From Ignavibacteria bacterium (GTDB lineage: Bacteria > Bacteroidota > Ignavibacteria > Kapaibacteriales > UBA2268): 64,000 nucleotides of DNA. The notes under the pieces are model-generated. The model saw only the letters and a list, made by a program, of their open reading frames with translations, made no database searches and was not told the DNA's origin. A program made the translations under genes and the position numbers. This document shows positions 43,042-52,318 of the stretch, piece after piece. The DNA is taken from positions 21,122 through 85,121 of the forward strand of contig JAOAEE010000023.1 of the NCBI GenBank assembly GCA_026416955.1. The letters are read 5' to 3'. How positions within the stretch are numbered: position 1 is the first letter of the stretch; each line of letters opens with the position of its first letter.

Positions 43042-44373
43042 TTATTTTTCACTAACTAAAATTTTAATGCTTTGAATAATTCGATTTTCATCGTAACTTT
43101 CTGCATCGAAAGCATCAATTTTAATTAGTTCTGGTCGTTCCTTCAAAATTCCGCTTCTTTCGATATATTTTTCAACCGTCGATTTTGAACTGCCACCCCA
43201 AGGATTGCGTGCAATTGTTATTCCAATTCTGTTTACAAAAGGAAACATTTTTCTAATCGCTTCTACTGTATCTTTTCCATCTTCATCCCAATCATCCCCA
43301 TCCCCACCATAGAATACGTAAATGTTGTTTTCGATGTACAACCTTTCCTCTTGTATTATCTTGGCAACCAATTGAAACGAAGGTGCAACGCGTGTTCCAC
43401 CCGCTACTTGAAGTCGAATGTAGTTCATAAAATCTGGAACTTCCTTTGCTGTTGTATCGTGGAGTATAAAGCGAGTAACAACATTATTCTGATATTGATA
43501 CATAAGCCAACTGTAAATAAAAATATGTTGGCGCGTTATTACTTCCGTCGGTTTACCGTGCATCGAACCGGAATAGTCGCGAATGAAGAAAACAACAGCT
43601 TGTGCTTCATAGTCTTTTTCTTTCGAAAGAATTCTATAGACGTGGTCACTTGGCAAGATTAGAAATTCAGATGGGTCGGTATCCAAATTTTCGTCTACAC
43701 GGCCAAGAAGTAGATTTGTTTTGATAATTGATTTAAGAGTAGCTTTTTTGTCGAGTATTTGACCAAAACCACGGTGAATATCGGTTAAATCATACTGAAA
43801 TTTCGTAAAAGAGGGTTTTTTCCCTTTGGGTTTAATGTTTGGTAGTTCAAACTTTTCAGTAAGAATTTTTCCTAAATCAAATGCATCTTCGCTTATCTCG
43901 TGCCTTGTATCACCTCCTTGCCCCGGACCGAAACCTTCGCCTTCACCTTGCTCTGGTTGAAGAGGCGCTTCGCCGATAACTTCGCCTTCCTCTTCCTCCC
44001 CAGTTCCGCCAGTTTGAGGTTCTTCCTCGGAAACGCGAGTATCGTGGTAAAATTTTGGTTCGACAGTTGTAGGAACCACAACAATCTTTGGTTTGCCCGA
44101 AGCGTCGGGCCGCATTAGTTTGCCAATTCGAATCCTTCGTGGGAAACCGTCTTGTTCGCGTTGTTTGTCCCGTTCAAGTAATTCCTCCAGAGTTTTTAAC
44201 TCGGTTGTAGGTTTCAAGGAAAAGTCCGGATTCAAGAATAAACCTACATCGTCTACGAGGAAAATATCGTTTAGTTTTTGTTGCAAAACTTTAATTTTCT
44301 CTTCTTCAATAAATCGAGGAGTTTCACTTTTTTCGAAACCCAATTCCTTTTTGTCTTTAATTTTGTCTTCCAC
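43042..44373 (-). CDS. DUF444 family protein (YeaH/YhbH-like, vWA-like)
   Basis: Aligns by eye with E. coli YeaH as I remember it: FELPNIK vs LALPNLK; AVVFFIRDYSGSM vs AVMFCLMDVSGSM; HDTTAKEV vs HHTQAKEV; GGT..AP; DGDDWDED vs DGDNWADD. It also has an acidic Gly-rich linker. Confidence 0.85.
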   Translation of the reverse strand: MEDKIKDKKELGFEKSETPRFIEEEKIKVLQQKLNDIFLVDDVGLFLNPDFSLKPTTELKTLEELLERDKQREQDGFPRRIRIGKLMRPDASGKPKIVVVPTTVEPKFYHDTRVSEEEPQTGGTGEEEEGEVIGEAPLQPEQGEGEGFGPGQGGDTRHEISEDAFDLGKILTEKFELPNIKPKGKKPSFTKFQYDLTDIHRGFGQILDKKATLKSIIKTNLLLGRVDENLDTDPSEFLILPSDHVYRILSKEKDYEAQAVVFFIRDYSGSMHGKPTEVITRQHIFIYSWLMYQYQNNVVTRFILHDTTAKEVPDFMNYIRLQVAGGTRVAPSFQLVAKIIQEERLYIENNIYVFYGGDGDDWDEDGKDTVEAIRKMFPFVNRIGITIARNPWGGSSKSTVEKYIERSGILKERPELIKIDAFDAESYDENRIIQSIKILVSEK

Positions 44374-44427
44374 AATAGTTAATTTAAAACAAAATTAAGT
44401 TACCAATTGCAAAATAAGAGAAATTTC

Positions 44428-47307
44428 TTATTTGATTATCAAAAAAGGAAAAACAAACGCTTGTCCGTCAATTTCTAATTTCAAGAAATACGTGCCATTT
44501 GTGAAAGAAGATGTTAGAAACCAAATTGGGATTACCTTTGTCTCCGAATTAAAAATTAATGAACTTTCATATAATTTGTTCCCCAAGAGGTTATAAATAA
44601 ATAATTTACAATTAATACTTTGCATAGAATTAATTAATATCACTTCGGTCTCATTTCCAGTAACAATCGAAGGCACTTGAATAGAAATTCCACATTTGTT
44701 CTGGACAGAAGTGGTAGATGTATCGACCTCTCCGACAAAAATATTATCGAACCAAACGGTTCCAGTATGACCTCGGAATAAACAATAAACATTTCCTTTA
44801 TAAATCGGGAAAGGAGGTACGTAAATGACGCCTGAATATTCCCAATCGTGGGTTCCAGTAGAAAATTTTGCAATCCGACCATACCAAGGCTTGTTTTCCT
44901 TAGAATAAAAATCGCAATAAATTGCGTAGTTGTAGCCAGGTTGTCCCGAAACTCCTTCTGCTTTCGACCAACCAGCAACCAAAATCGGCTTCGCTTCGGT
45001 TTGGTTTAAGTAAATAACAGTATAAACACCACCAGTATCGCTCGAAGAAGTGTTGGTTACTTTTACGGAACGCTTAAAGTGTTGGGCATTTAAACCAGTT
45101 GTGTCATACTCAAAACGACCATAGTAAGGGTACCAATTATCGGGAATTCCATTCATATCGACATCATATTCAAAACTGAAATTCGGAACAAAATTGCTTG
45201 TATCGATATTTCCAAGTTTAGGATTTACATAATTAATTGTCATTAGCCCAGTCGAAGACATCGCAACAATTGGAAATACTAAATCTCTCAATTTCGCACC
45301 AACTGGAATTTTTATTTCACCAGAGTATTCAGAAAAAACTTCATTTGCCGGTGAACCGTCGTTTTTCAGAACTAAATCCTCCAATATCCCAATTGTTGTA
45401 AGGTCTACATAAACATATAAAGGCAAATTAGGTCTGCTTTTAAACTCATTAGAAGATGAATCGGCACATTCAACACGTGCGCGAATTGCAATCTCATTTT
45501 TACCCGCACTTTCAATAATAATACTTGGATTTTTTATCATCGGAGAGGTTAATTTACTGGACTTACCTTTCAAAATTATTTTGGCACTTTTAGGAAATAG
45601 AATAGAATCGGCAGTTTTAGTAAAAAGTCTTCCCCCTTCAATAGAAAGCAAAGTATCGACAGTAATTTCGGGCATACCTTGGATAGTAGGAATAACAACG
45701 GTATCCTTTGCATTCGAGTTAACATAAACAACACAGTTATCGAATTCTCTTTTAAAATACTTCTTTCCTTTCTTGTCCAACTGTTGCAATTGCTGTATAG
45801 AATCTGTTGCATTTTCCAAAGCATTTCCGACAGGGATATCGAATTCTGGAAAATGTGCAAAAACTTGATAATTAACTGAATTGCCAAAAGCCGAATTTTT
45901 CCCTCCAGTGAGCAAAAAAGACGATACGCAGTAAATCCGAGATTGTGGTAATTTATCCAAAATTCCACTCAAAGGTAGCCACATTTTTTTGTACTGGTTC
46001 TCGCACTTAATACCTCGATTACAAGCATTTAACCAATTAGTTTCGGTAACATAACCCGACCAATGATTATGAGCAAAACCTTCGTCCATCCCTCCGTCAC
46101 TAACTTCAAGAAACCTCAACCCTCTGCTTTCATAAAGCCCATTGAAAATTAAAGGTTTACTTCCCAATGCTTTTTTTACTTCGTAAAGGAAATTGTAAAC
46201 ACCATCATACCATATGCTATCTGAATAATTCAAAGGTGGATAACAATCGACACCCCAATTGGAAATTCTATTCCAAGCATCGTCGGCAAAAACTCCGTTG
46301 TATCCTCTTGCAAATGCTTTTTGAACTTGCTCAATGTAATTTCTTCTCCATTTTTCGTTAGTTACATCCATAACAAAGAAATTATAATAATCATTTTTAA
46401 CCCTATTGTTTGCATTATTCGTCCAAAATCCAACTTTTGGGTATCGATATTGCTTACCTTTCTTGAAACAAACGATATAACACTCAATCCCAGCATTTAC
46501 GACATAATTTAGCAATTCACTATAAACAAAATTATCAGCACTAAAAGGTATAATGATTATCTCATTTTGGTCGAATTTGTTGTTTTTATTCAAATCTGCG
46601 TAAAAATACATTGAATCGGGATATGTCTTGGACACAAATTTAATAACCACATCAAATTGAGTTGAATTATTGGTTTTTTTTGTTTGAATGGTTTCGGGAA
46701 GACAAATTGGTATTCCTTCCTCGTATCTCAATTCAATTGGAAAGCTGTAAGGAATTTCGAGAGTATCGTTGACGATAGTATTTAACTTAACCCAACGTGC
46801 AGATTTAGGCAAAGAAATTGCTAATTCATTTGTCTTAACAATAGTATCCGTACTTAAATAATTGTCGATTGAATCTTTACTCCAATATAACTTATAAGAA
46901 ATTTTTACATTTGTATCCAACTCGAATCTTCTATCTGGCATCCAATAAAACTTCCAGCTTTTATCGAAAGTAACGGTCAAACAAGAAGGTTCAGAAATAT
47001 GAAGGAAAGCATCCTCTTCGAGGTTAATTTTTGGATATTCTTCAAGATAATAATTCAAAGCAACGACATCTTTGTAGAAAAGTATTATATAGTCCTTATC
47101 GAAACTTCTAATTAATTTTAATTCGGCCTTACTTGCTTCGTCCAAAAATGCAAATCGCTTGTATGCAAGCTTTGTTAAAAAAACATCACCTTTGATTGCC
47201 CAATAATTGACTAAATAACTTTTGTAGCCACGCGGTAAATACTCTTTAGGTTGGGAAAAAGAACTTACAGAAGAAATAAGAAAAAGTAATAAAACCAAAC
47301 AAATCAT
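44428..47307 (-). CDS. secreted glycoside-hydrolase-like protein (GHL15/GH114-like TIM-barrel region) with T9SS C-terminal sorting domain
   Basis: 959 aa. Signal peptide: LLLFLISSVSSFSQ. The central segment ARGYNGVFADDAWNR...GGMDEGFAHNHW resembles GFDGVFLD-type GH114/GHL families (from memory, weak). The C-terminus LFIYNLLGNKLYES...GTYFLKLEIDGQAFVFPFLIIK resembles a T9SS CTD. Confidence 0.55.
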   Translation of the reverse strand: MICLVLLLFLISSVSSFSQPKEYLPRGYKSYLVNYWAIKGDVFLTKLAYKRFAFLDEASKAELKLIRSFDKDYIILFYKDVVALNYYLEEYPKINLEEDAFLHISEPSCLTVTFDKSWKFYWMPDRRFELDTNVKISYKLYWSKDSIDNYLSTDTIVKTNELAISLPKSARWVKLNTIVNDTLEIPYSFPIELRYEEGIPICLPETIQTKKTNNSTQFDVVIKFVSKTYPDSMYFYADLNKNNKFDQNEIIIIPFSADNFVYSELLNYVVNAGIECYIVCFKKGKQYRYPKVGFWTNNANNRVKNDYYNFFVMDVTNEKWRRNYIEQVQKAFARGYNGVFADDAWNRISNWGVDCYPPLNYSDSIWYDGVYNFLYEVKKALGSKPLIFNGLYESRGLRFLEVSDGGMDEGFAHNHWSGYVTETNWLNACNRGIKCENQYKKMWLPLSGILDKLPQSRIYCVSSFLLTGGKNSAFGNSVNYQVFAHFPEFDIPVGNALENATDSIQQLQQLDKKGKKYFKREFDNCVVYVNSNAKDTVVIPTIQGMPEITVDTLLSIEGGRLFTKTADSILFPKSAKIILKGKSSKLTSPMIKNPSIIIESAGKNEIAIRARVECADSSSNEFKSRPNLPLYVYVDLTTIGILEDLVLKNDGSPANEVFSEYSGEIKIPVGAKLRDLVFPIVAMSSTGLMTINYVNPKLGNIDTSNFVPNFSFEYDVDMNGIPDNWYPYYGRFEYDTTGLNAQHFKRSVKVTNTSSSDTGGVYTVIYLNQTEAKPILVAGWSKAEGVSGQPGYNYAIYCDFYSKENKPWYGRIAKFSTGTHDWEYSGVIYVPPFPIYKGNVYCLFRGHTGTVWFDNIFVGEVDTSTTSVQNKCGISIQVPSIVTGNETEVILINSMQSINCKLFIYNLLGNKLYESSLIFNSETKVIPIWFLTSSFTNGTYFLKLEIDGQAFVFPFLIIK

Positions 47308-47369
47308 ATTCCCTCCAAATATTCAATTTTAAATTAATAAATGAGAATTTATTAAAGTAATCAATTAGA

Positions 47370-48011
47370 TTAAAAGAACTTGAAATATTTTAAGATTCTT
47401 TTTGTCCATTCGTAAGAGCAAAACGAAGCTAAAATTGCAATCACAACATCGATCGTGTAATGGGCTTTTTGGAAAATAACTCCCAATCCAACAACAAGAG
47501 TTGCAAAAAAAAGAAAAAATTTCGCAGGCTTATTGTGGATAAGTAGAAAAAGTAGAAACATAAGAGACGTGTGACCAGAAAAGAACAAATCCTTGGTCAA
47601 TGTTACGTCAGTTCCGAAATATTCTATTATTGGGTCCTTCAAAAGAATAATATCATTGGGTGGATTTAATGGCAAAAAGTACATACAGGAAATTCGTAAA
47701 AACAGAAGGAATGAATACGAAAGAAAGGCAAGTACCAATTCCTTAGGGTTTCTCAAAAGTAAAACAAAAGACAACAACACAGAGAAATATAAAAAAGAAA
47801 AGATTAACCAAGTTAAATCTAATGGTTCGAATAAAGAGAGAATTGGGTCGTTGAATGAAAAACCATTTCTTTGTTCCACGGAAACAATAAAACGCGCAGT
47901 AAAGTGGAGCATCAACACCATAGCAAAAAACGAAAAGAGGAGCAAGATAAAATTTGTTTTTTTTCGTAAGAATTCACTCCAAATTTCCGAAAGTGAAGTC
48001 CTTTCCTTCAT
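47370..48011 (-). CDS. sphingomyelin-synthase-like PAP2_C family membrane protein
   Basis: 213 aa, polytopic. It has FFSGHTSLMF and, about 40 aa later, AHYTIDVVIAILAS. These match the SGHT and HYTxDV catalytic motifs of SMS / PAP2_C enzymes. Confidence 0.65.
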   Translation of the reverse strand: MKERTSLSEIWSEFLRKKTNFILLLFSFFAMVLMLHFTARFIVSVEQRNGFSFNDPILSLFEPLDLTWLIFSFLYFSVLLSFVLLLRNPKELVLAFLSYSFLLFLRISCMYFLPLNPPNDIILLKDPIIEYFGTDVTLTKDLFFSGHTSLMFLLFLLIHNKPAKFFLFFATLVVGLGVIFQKAHYTIDVVIAILASFCSYEWTKRILKYFKFF

Positions 48012-48057
48012 TCACCAAATTTTGCTAATTTTGATTTTTTAAATCTACAAAAATAAT

Positions 48058-48606
48058 ATGGATAGCAAGGAAAACAAAATTCTACATTCTACTACTGTTG
48101 TAGGGTTAATAAAAGATGGAAAAGCAGTAATTGGAAGCGATGGCCAAGTAACTTTTGGAACAACAGTTTTGAAACACACAGCAAAAAAAATCAGAAAACT
48201 ATACAACGGTACTGTTCTGACTGGTTTCGCCGGTGGAACTGCCGATGCTTTTGCCCTTTTACAACGCTTCGAGGAGAAACTTGATGCTACCCGTGGTCAA
48301 TTGTATCGCTCCGTTATCGAGTTTGCCAAAGATTGGAGAACAGACCGATATCTTCGTCGTTTGGAAGCAATGATGATAGTTATGAACAAAGAGAAACTTT
48401 TCGTCCTAACTGGTAATGGCGATGTTGTTGAGCCCGACGACAACCTTGCCGCAATCGGGTCGGGTGGTCCTTACGCATTGGCTGCTGCAAGAGCACTTGT
48501 CGAAACCACAAACCTCGACGCTAAAACAATTGTCGAAACATCTCTCAAAATTGCCTCTCAAATTTGTATTTACACAAATTCTGAATTCACAATCGAGGAA
48601 TTGTAG
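48058..48606 (+). CDS. hslV: ATP-dependent protease subunit HslV, with an 11-residue N-terminal extension
   Basis: ...[53 protein letters not shown]...[14 protein letters not shown]... aligns to HslV throughout. Confidence 0.93.
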   Translation: MDSKENKILHSTTVVGLIKDGKAVIGSDGQVTFGTTVLKHTAKKIRKLYNGTVLTGFAGGTADAFALLQRFEEKLDATRGQLYRSVIEFAKDWRTDRYLRRLEAMMIVMNKEKLFVLTGNGDVVEPDDNLAAIGSGGPYALAAARALVETTNLDAKTIVETSLKIASQICIYTNSEFTIEEL

Positions 48607-48610
48607 GTTT

Positions 48611-49243
48611 ATGATAAAAAGTTCTCAGCTTGTAAATTTAAAAATTCCTTTAGTATTAGCAAGTAGTTCCCCAAGAAGGAAAAAACTCTTAGAAATGTTA
48701 GGTTTAGAGTTCAATATTATTTCTCCAAATATAGACGAAGATAATGTAGCCAAAGATATTTATGACTTCTCGCTTAAAGTTACCGAAATTGCCAAGACGA
48801 AAGCATTAAAAGTTTCGGAACTTATCGGCTACGAAGCAATAATACTCGGTGCGGACACTATTGTTGTTCTCGATGGTAACATTTTAACAAAACCAAACGA
48901 TGAGTACGAGGCAAGAGTTATGCTAAAAAAACTTAGCAATAGAACACATATAGTTTTCACGGGTCTTGCACTCTTGCACAAACCCAGTATGAACTTCAAA
49001 ACTTGTTTTCGGCGGACAGAAGTTTCCTTCCGGCAAATTTTCGATGACGAAATAGAGGCTTACATTCGCTCGGGCTCTCCTTTGGATAAGGCTGGTGCTT
49101 ACGGAATTCAAGACGACTTCGGAGCAGTTTTTGTGAAAAACATAAATGGTTGTTATTACAACATTGTAGGACTTCCTCTGGAATGCTTTTACACTTCTTT
49201 AAGGAATTTCATCAATGAATTGGAAGAGGAAGGAATTTTATAA
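48611..49243 (+). CDS. maf: Maf-like nucleoside triphosphate pyrophosphatase
   Basis: PLVLASSSPRRKKLLEMLGL...GADTIVVLDG.ILTKP...DKAGAYGIQ. The ATG at 48611 follows the hslV stop. The ORF-track start at 48416 overlaps hslV. Confidence 0.9.
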   Translation: MIKSSQLVNLKIPLVLASSSPRRKKLLEMLGLEFNIISPNIDEDNVAKDIYDFSLKVTEIAKTKALKVSELIGYEAIILGADTIVVLDGNILTKPNDEYEARVMLKKLSNRTHIVFTGLALLHKPSMNFKTCFRRTEVSFRQIFDDEIEAYIRSGSPLDKAGAYGIQDDFGAVFVKNINGCYYNIVGLPLECFYTSLRNFINELEEEGIL

Positions 49244-50090
49244 CAATCTACTTCTGATTTCCCCTTGGATTATTGTATTTACAATTTTCTGGCTTTATCC
49301 CATAATTTATGCTTTTTATCTTTCGCTTTGCGATTATCAAACCCTAACATCAAAGACTAAATACATTGGTTTTAAAAATTACGAGCGAATTTTTAAAGAC
49401 CCGTTATTTTGGTTAGCATTAAAAAATACTGCAATTTTTACATTTGTTACTGTTCCAATAACCACAGCGATTTCCCTATTCCTTGCTAATGTGTTAAATA
49501 AAAGAAACCTTAGGTTTAGGAATTTCTTCCAATCTGCATTTTTTGTTCCTTCAATTACATCAATTGTTGTAATATCTATTGTATTTGTAAACCTATATTC
49601 AAGCGAAGGCTACATCAACAATTTGCTTAAACTGTTACATTTGCCTTATCCAAAATTTGGTTGGTTGCAGAACGAAACCACTGCACTTCCCGCAATAATG
49701 CTAATGGACATTTGGATGAGCATTGGGTACTATATGGTATTGTTCCTTGCCTCGATGCAATCAATTCCAAATGAGTATTATGAAGTTGCGGAACTTTATA
49801 CAGCCTCTTCTTGGCAAAAGTTTTGGAAAATTACTTTTCCTTCAATCCGACCTATGTTTCTTTTTGTGATTGTATTAAACTCGATAAAATCATTTCAAAT
49901 ATTTGTTGAAATCTATGTTATGACCAAAGGAGGACCATTGAATGCAACAACTACCCTTGTTTATCTTATTTACGAAAATGCTTTTGTAAAAATCGACCAA
50001 ATGGGCTATGCCTCGGCAATTGCTTTCGTAGTATTTTTCCTTTTACTTGGTTTTTCATTTCTACAGATTCGTTTACTCAAGGTAAAATAA
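49215..50090 (+). CDS. carbohydrate ABC transporter permease (MalF/UgpA-like)
   Basis: Six predicted TM helices. The EAA-type loop reads YYEVAELYTASSWQKFWKITFPSIRP. It overlaps the maf 3' end by 29 nt. Confidence 0.85.
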   Translation: MNWKRKEFYNNLLLISPWIIVFTIFWLYPIIYAFYLSLCDYQTLTSKTKYIGFKNYERIFKDPLFWLALKNTAIFTFVTVPITTAISLFLANVLNKRNLRFRNFFQSAFFVPSITSIVVISIVFVNLYSSEGYINNLLKLLHLPYPKFGWLQNETTALPAIMLMDIWMSIGYYMVLFLASMQSIPNEYYEVAELYTASSWQKFWKITFPSIRPMFLFVIVLNSIKSFQIFVEIYVMTKGGPLNATTTLVYLIYENAFVKIDQMGYASAIAFVVFFLLLGFSFLQIRLLKVK

Positions 50091-50104
50091 ATAGTGAGTT
50101 TAAT

Positions 50105-51208
50105 TTGGAAACAAATGTTATTAAAATACTAGTATCTGCTGGTGGAACAGGTGGACATCTTTTTCCAGCAATTGCAGTAATCGAAGAGATAGAAAATATT
50201 TTAAAAAATAAATATCAACTGGAAATATTTGCTATTGGAAAACAGAACAAAATCGAAGCAAAAAAAAGTTACGAAAAAGGTTGGCACTTCATTCCAATTC
50301 CAATGGAAGGTTTTTCTGGTTTTGGATTGAAATTTTTTGATTTTTTTGTCAAGACTATTAAGTCTGTAAATATTGTGCGCAATTTGATTCGCAAAGAAAA
50401 TATCGATTTTGGAATAGGAACAGGTGCCTACATTACCTATCCAGCTGGTATTGCTCTTTATTCAGAAAAAAAACCATTTTTTCTACTTGAAAGCAATTTG
50501 GTGCCGGGACGCGCAAATCGTTTGCTTGCAAGAAAATCATCTATTTTTTTTGCAACTTTCGAAAATACAATAAAGTACCTACCTCCAAACATTGAAACTA
50601 AATTCAAAGTATACGGGACACCAATTAGGAAAGATTTGCTTTCACAAATTCCAAAGGAGCAAGCAAGAAAGAAACTAGGCCTTGACCCCGAAAAAAACAC
50701 TATTCTGATTTTTGGTGGTAGCCTTGGTGCTAAGTCCATTAACGATGTTGTTTTTTCAAACTACAAGAAACTTCTCGCTTCTGGCTTCCAAATTATTTGG
50801 CAAGTTGGAAAAAACTTTGATGTTGACATTGTCAATCAAAAAGGGCTAATAATTTTCGAGTTCATTGATGATATGGCAACTGCTTATGCAGCAGCGGATT
50901 TGGTAGTTTCTCGCTCTGGTGCTTCCACAATTGCAGAAATTTCTGCTCTTGGTAAACCAGCAATTCTTATCCCTTATCCTTTTGCTACTGGAAAACACCA
51001 AGAACTAAACGCAATGGAATTGCACACTAACGAAGCAGCAATTTTAGTTCACGACAACGAAGCAAAGGAAAAGTTAATACCAAAAATCTTTGAACTTTTC
51101 GAAAATCAAGAAATGTTAACTAAATTAGCAATGAACATAAAAAAATTCTATAAACCAAATTCTTGCGAAAGAATTGCAAAAGAAATTTTGAAATTTTTAA
51201 ATATTTAA
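50105..51208 (+). CDS. murG: undecaprenyldiphospho-muramoylpentapeptide beta-N-acetylglucosaminyltransferase
   Basis: ILVSAGGTGGHLFPAIAV...LIFGGSLGA...SRSGASTIAEISALGKPAILIPYP...HQ..NA. The start is TTG and its position is uncertain. Confidence 0.9.
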   Translation: METNVIKILVSAGGTGGHLFPAIAVIEEIENILKNKYQLEIFAIGKQNKIEAKKSYEKGWHFIPIPMEGFSGFGLKFFDFFVKTIKSVNIVRNLIRKENIDFGIGTGAYITYPAGIALYSEKKPFFLLESNLVPGRANRLLARKSSIFFATFENTIKYLPPNIETKFKVYGTPIRKDLLSQIPKEQARKKLGLDPEKNTILIFGGSLGAKSINDVVFSNYKKLLASGFQIIWQVGKNFDVDIVNQKGLIIFEFIDDMATAYAAADLVVSRSGASTIAEISALGKPAILIPYPFATGKHQELNAMELHTNEAAILVHDNEAKEKLIPKIFELFENQEMLTKLAMNIKKFYKPNSCERIAKEILKFLNI

Positions 51209-51248
51209 CTTAATTTTGATTTTTAACAGATTTTATTAGTAATTTTTT

Positions 51249-51716
51249 ATGGGGAAACAATTTCCTTTAATTTTCGAGAAAAGATTTGATTTTTACTGGA
51301 AATCTATTGCAATTTATTGTATTGTTTTGATTTTGTATTCGCTACTTCGTGGTACTTTAGAAGAAGGCACTCTAACCCTACGAGTTTCGGACCCCCTAGT
51401 TATTTTGCTTACTCTAATTATACTTTTTTCTATTGTTGGGTATCTTTTTAGCATTTGGAAATCTCCAAAAGTAATTGTAGGTAAAGACTATATAACACTA
51501 AAAACAAGGTTCAAAGAAATCAATCTACCCGCAAATCAAATCTCAAAAATCGTAATTGGTAAAGAAATTGTTTCGAACCTTAAAAGGCCTATGAGGATAA
51601 TTAAAATTTTCGTTACGTTCCGAAAGGCACCTTTTCGTATTCGCCCAAGTTTGTTTTGGAACCACAAAGAATTAATCGAAGCGCTAATTCAATTTAAGAA
51701 AAGTAACAACAAATGA
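51249..51716 (+). CDS. hypothetical membrane protein (2 TM helices plus a possible bacterial PH-like domain)
   Basis: 155 aa with two hydrophobic helices followed by a basic soluble domain. I recognise no family. Confidence 0.55.
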   Translation: MGKQFPLIFEKRFDFYWKSIAIYCIVLILYSLLRGTLEEGTLTLRVSDPLVILLTLIILFSIVGYLFSIWKSPKVIVGKDYITLKTRFKEINLPANQISKIVIGKEIVSNLKRPMRIIKIFVTFRKAPFRIRPSLFWNHKELIEALIQFKKSNNK

Positions 51717-52318
51717 AAATTAAACCTATTTCCATTCTCTTTCTTTCTTTCTTTCTTTGTATCCCATCGCTAACAACCCAAGAAGAAGTAATTTCTTCGA
51801 ATAAACAAATAGTCCTTGGTTTCATCAAAGAACTTGCCGATAGTCTATCTATTTATCCAACGAATCGGTATTTGCACCTAAAAATCTCCACTCATTCTCT
51901 TTCAGAATTCGTTGAAAGCATTATTATCGAAAGACTTTCGGCAAAGGAATTCAAGTTCTTTACTTTTCAGTGCGATTCTTGTACTAATATTCAATTAACA
52001 ATTAGAAAGTTCGATATTAACTATAAACGAATTATCAAAGAAAAACCAACAAATTTTATCATTAGAAAAGTTGAACTTGAAGTAGTTTCACTGATTAAAG
52101 AACCAAACTCAGATATCAAACCTTTATTATTTGTCGAGACATACAATGATACGATTAATTTTGAAAATTTCGACATAGTGGAAAAAGATGGTATTCCTTT
52201 CACGGGGAAAAAACCAAAAGAACCAGAGAATTTCCTTAAAAAATATATTGAACCAATAGTTATTATTGGTTCAACAGCACTTGGTGTGCTATTATTCTTT
52301 ACAATTCGCTCGAAGTAA
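51713..52318 (+). CDS. hypothetical protein with a signal peptide and a C-terminal TM anchor
   Basis: The start forms an ATGA overlap with the upstream gene. N-terminal signal: ILFLSFFLCIPSL. C-terminal helix: IVIIGSTALGVLLFFTI. Confidence 0.55.
   Translation: MKIKPISILFLSFFLCIPSLTTQEEVISSNKQIVLGFIKELADSLSIYPTNRYLHLKISTHSLSEFVESIIIERLSAKEFKFFTFQCDSCTNIQLTIRKFDINYKRIIKEKPTNFIIRKVELEVVSLIKEPNSDIKPLLFVETYNDTINFENFDIVEKDGIPFTGKKPKEPENFLKKYIEPIVIIGSTALGVLLFFTIRSK

Noticed and set aside
48416-48610. Long N-terminal extension of the maf ORF overlapping hslV
   Set aside because: The extension is out of frame with, and buried in, the conserved hslV CDS. The Maf homology begins at the ATG at 48611, right after the hslV stop.
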